DNA of 40,486 nucleotides from a virus (Duplodnaviria; Heunggongvirae; Uroviricota; Caudoviricetes): IMG/VR virus record IMGVR_UViG_2526164661_000012; one strand, 5' to 3'. Shown piece by piece: positions 37,717 to 40,486 of this stretch (position 1 is its first letter; each line of letters starts with the position of its first letter). The notes under the pieces were generated by a model. It saw only the letters and a program-made list of their open reading frames with translations, ran no database searches and was not told where the DNA came from. The position numbers and the translations under genes were made by a program.

Positions 37717-37760
37717 ACCCATCAACCTTGAACCGAAATGGCGGGGTTGATGGGCTCCAC
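37717..37760 (-). terminator. Rho-independent terminator downstream of ybjL (minus strand)
   Basis: CCCATCAACC...GGTTGATGGG stem followed on the minus strand by a T-run. Confidence 0.55.
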
Positions 37761-37866
37761 AAAATGGGGACATCAAAGAAAAGCAGTGGCACTAATTAAG
37801 ACTGATGCCCTGCGGAAAAGTTCTGCGGTTGTGCAAAAAAATTTCATTTTCAGGGCAACTTCAGTT

Positions 37867-39552
37867 TTATCCTAATCCTGGCCATACCATGACGATGATT
37901 GTCCCTGCCAGCGTCAGCAGGACGTTGGCGATTGCGTAGGTGCCCGCATAGCCCAGCGCAGGGATGTTACTGCGAGCTGTATCACTGATGATCTCCATTG
38001 CCGGCGCGCAGGTGCGTGCGCCCATCATTGCGCCGAACAACAGTGCGCGGTTCATTCGCAATACATAAGCACCGAACAAGAAACAGATAACCACGGGCAC
38101 AAGACTGACAATTAATCCGGCAATCAACATCTGACCGCCAATCGCGCCCAGGCCGTTATTAATACCGCTACCGGCGCTCAGACCAACGCCTGCCATAAAC
38201 ACCATCAAGCCGAACTCTTTCACCATGCTTAATGCACCTTGCGGAATGTAACCGAAGGTCGGGTGGTTAGCACGCATAAAGCCCAGCATAATTCCGGCGA
38301 ATAACAACCCGGCAGCGTTCCCCATGCCGAAACTGAATGTGCTGAACTGGAAGGTGATCATCCCGATCATCAGCCCAATAACAAAGAAGGCGCAGAATGC
38401 CAGCAGGTCAGTGACCTGGCTGTGAATCGAGATAAAGCCGATGCGATCGGCGATGGTTTTTACGCGGCGGGCATCGCCGCTGACTTGTAAAACGTCACCT
38501 TTGTTAAGCACGACGTTGTCATCTATCGGCATCTCAATCTGGCTACGAATGACGCGGTTAAGGAAGCAACCGTGATCGGTCAACTTCAGTTGTGCGAGAC
38601 GTTTACCTACAGCGTTATGGTTTTTAACGACCACTTCTTCAGTGACGATACGCATGTCGAGAAGGTCACGATCGAAAACTTCTTTACCGTTACGGAAGCT
38701 GGGATCGAGTCGGGCATGGGCGTCGGGATAGCCTACCAACGCTATTTCATCGCCCATTTGTAGCACGGCATCACCGTCTGGATTTGCCAGAATCCCGTTA
38801 CGTCGAATACGTTCAATGTAGCAGCCGGTTTGTCGATAAATACCCAGTTCACGCAGATTTTTGCCGTCGGTCCAGGCCACCAGCTCCGGGCCGACGCGAT
38901 AGGCGCGGATCACCGGTAAATAAACCTTACGGTTGGCATCAGTGTCCAGGCCACGTTCGCGGGCGATTTGCTGGGCGCTGGTCTGTAAGTCCTGATGCTG
39001 CAATTTCGGCAAGTAACGCGCACCAACAATCAAACTCACCAGACCGATTAAATAGGTTAAGGCATACCCGAGGCTCAGATTATCCAGTGCCAGTGAGAGC
39101 TGCCTGCTTTCCATGCCGAAATGACGCAGTGTATCGCCAGCACCGACCAGAACCGGTGTCGACGTCATAGAGCCTGCTAACATACCGGCCGTCAGGCCAA
39201 TATCCCAGCCAAACAGCTTACCTAACCCTAAGGCGATCACCAGCGCACTGCCAACCATCACCAGTGCTAACATTAGGTAATTTTTCCCATCGCGAAAAAA
39301 AATGGAAAAAAAGTTCGGTCCGGCTTCGACCCCGACGCAGAAAATAAACAGCATAAAGCCAAGATTAAGCGCATCGGTGTTAATGCTGAAATGTTGTTGG
39401 CCTAATAACAGCGATACGACTAAAACGCCAATGGAATTACCCAGTTGGATCGAACCAAGTCGTAACTTTCCGAGACATAGCCCAAGCGCGAGGACCACAA
39501 ATAATAACAGAATGTAATTCCCATTTAACAATTCGGCGACGTTTATATTCAC
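37867..39552 (-). CDS. ybjL: Putative transport protein YbjL (AAE-family transporter with TrkA-C domains)
   Basis: 561-aa membrane protein; recognised as E. coli-type YbjL by sequence recall and by the adjacent ybjM and grxA. Confidence 0.9.
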   Translation of the reverse strand: MNINVAELLNGNYILLLFVVLALGLCLGKLRLGSIQLGNSIGVLVVSLLLGQQHFSINTDALNLGFMLFIFCVGVEAGPNFFSIFFRDGKNYLMLALVMVGSALVIALGLGKLFGWDIGLTAGMLAGSMTSTPVLVGAGDTLRHFGMESRQLSLALDNLSLGYALTYLIGLVSLIVGARYLPKLQHQDLQTSAQQIARERGLDTDANRKVYLPVIRAYRVGPELVAWTDGKNLRELGIYRQTGCYIERIRRNGILANPDGDAVLQMGDEIALVGYPDAHARLDPSFRNGKEVFDRDLLDMRIVTEEVVVKNHNAVGKRLAQLKLTDHGCFLNRVIRSQIEMPIDDNVVLNKGDVLQVSGDARRVKTIADRIGFISIHSQVTDLLAFCAFFVIGLMIGMITFQFSTFSFGMGNAAGLLFAGIMLGFMRANHPTFGYIPQGALSMVKEFGLMVFMAGVGLSAGSGINNGLGAIGGQMLIAGLIVSLVPVVICFLFGAYVLRMNRALLFGAMMGARTCAPAMEIISDTARSNIPALGYAGTYAIANVLLTLAGTIIVMVWPGLG

Positions 39553-39821
39553 GGAGGCTAACTTCTTGTTTACTAGTAAGCTGTTGAAAGAAATGGTAAT
39601 TTACGATAATGTTTTTTACCAGAATTCAGGGCGCAGATTCATTCAGCGCACCTAAACGATAGTAAAGTAACAATATATTTTACTAGTGTAATCACATTAG
39701 GTATCAACGGCTATATGAATTGCGTTGGCCTATATTAGCATGGAATGCGAAGCGGCTTTATCTTACTGAACGCCACACTGGCGAAAAATGTGTTCGATAG
39801 ACGCAGTGTCAGGAGGAACGA

Positions 39822-40199
39822 GTGAAACATAAACAACGTTGGGCGGGGGCAATCTGCTGTTTTGTCCTCTTCATTGTGGTGTGCCTTTTTCTGGCGACGC
39901 ACATGAAAGGCGCTTTTCGGGCTGCCGGGCATCCTGAAATCGGCTTGCTATTTTTCATTCTTCCTGGAGCAGTTGCCAGTTTCTTTTCACAGCGTAGAGA
40001 AGTCCTGAAACCTCTATTTGGCGCAATGCTGGCGGCACCCTGTTCAATGCTCATTATGCGGCTGTTTTTTTCACCGACGCGCTCATTCTGGCAAGAGCTG
40101 GCATGGTTACTAAGCGCGGTGTTCTGGTGTGCGCTGGGGGCACTGTGTTTCTTATTTATCAGTAGTTTGTTTAAACCACAGCACAGAAAAAATCAGTAA
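39822..40199 (+). CDS. ybjM: Inner membrane protein YbjM
   Basis: 125-aa hydrophobic protein, GTG start with AGGAGG ribosome-binding site; conserved position between ybjL and grxA. Confidence 0.75.
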   Translation: MKHKQRWAGAICCFVLFIVVCLFLATHMKGAFRAAGHPEIGLLFFILPGAVASFFSQRREVLKPLFGAMLAAPCSMLIMRLFFSPTRSFWQELAWLLSAVFWCALGALCFLFISSLFKPQHRKNQ

Positions 40200-40222
40200 A
40201 GCCCTCAACGCGAGGGCTTGTC
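40200..40222. terminator. Bidirectional stem-loop between convergent ybjM and grxA
   Basis: GCCCTC-AACGC-GAGGGC hairpin flanked by T/A-rich stretches. Confidence 0.4.
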
Positions 40223-40228
40223 AGACGA

Positions 40229-40486
40229 TCAGGCGTCCAGATTTTCTTTCACCCATGCAGCAAAATCGGTATAGCCGCCGATATGTTGCTGATCGACAAA
40301 AATCTGCGGCACGGTTTCTACGGGTTTACCTGCCTTTTGTTGTAGATCTTCTTTAGTGATCCCTTCCGCACGAATATCTACATACTGATACTGAAAATCA
40401 TCGCGTTCATTGCTCAATTTCTCAGCCAGATCTTTTGCACGCACACAGTAAGGGCAACCCGAACGACCAAAAATAACGGTTTGCAT
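40229..40486 (-). CDS. grxA: Glutaredoxin 1
   Basis: 85 aa, MQTVIFGRSGCPYCVRAKDLAEKL... with CPYC active site; complete ORF ending at window edge. Confidence 0.9.
   Translation of the reverse strand: MQTVIFGRSGCPYCVRAKDLAEKLSNERDDFQYQYVDIRAEGITKEDLQQKAGKPVETVPQIFVDQQHIGGYTDFAAWVKENLDA

Noticed and set aside
1-40486. CRISPR arrays, tRNA or tmRNA genes at the attachment sites, rRNA
   Set aside because: No short regularly spaced direct repeats and no tRNA-like sequence seen next to either att core; the prophage appears to use a non-tRNA site near ybjL.

Overview
This window is almost entirely one ~37.6 kb prophage of the P2/186 family of temperate myoviruses, integrated next to the chromosomal genes ybjL, ybjM and grxA (37.9-40.5 kb). 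A 22-bp repeat at 19..40 and 37633..37654 looks like the attL/attR core. Order: integrase, a minus-strand lysogeny operon (CI-type repressor plus three AT-rich cargo genes), a 186-like early region (Apl/Cox-like, CII, TraR-like zinc finger, Dam methylase, unknown 276-aa protein, replication protein A), a LexA-box-controlled DinI/Tum-like module, an AT-rich accessory region between A and the portal gene (HExxH metallopeptidase-like gene, orphan terminator, cos-like sequence), then the P2-type late region Q P / O N M L X / lysis / R S V W J I H / invertible tail-fibre segment with a Pin-like invertase / IS66-family insertion with 8-bp target duplication / FI FII E E' T U D ogr. The strongest novelty candidates are the three cargo genes in the lysogeny operon, the HExxH protein and the AT-rich insert between S and V; none has a recognisable function. 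Four genes (dam, IS66 tnpC, an alternative fibre cassette, tail sheath FI) are each split by what looks like loss of one base in a homopolymer run, which suggests sequencing error rather than biology. All assignments rest on reading the supplied translations and sequence by eye; no database search was run, and motif coordinates may be off by a base or two.
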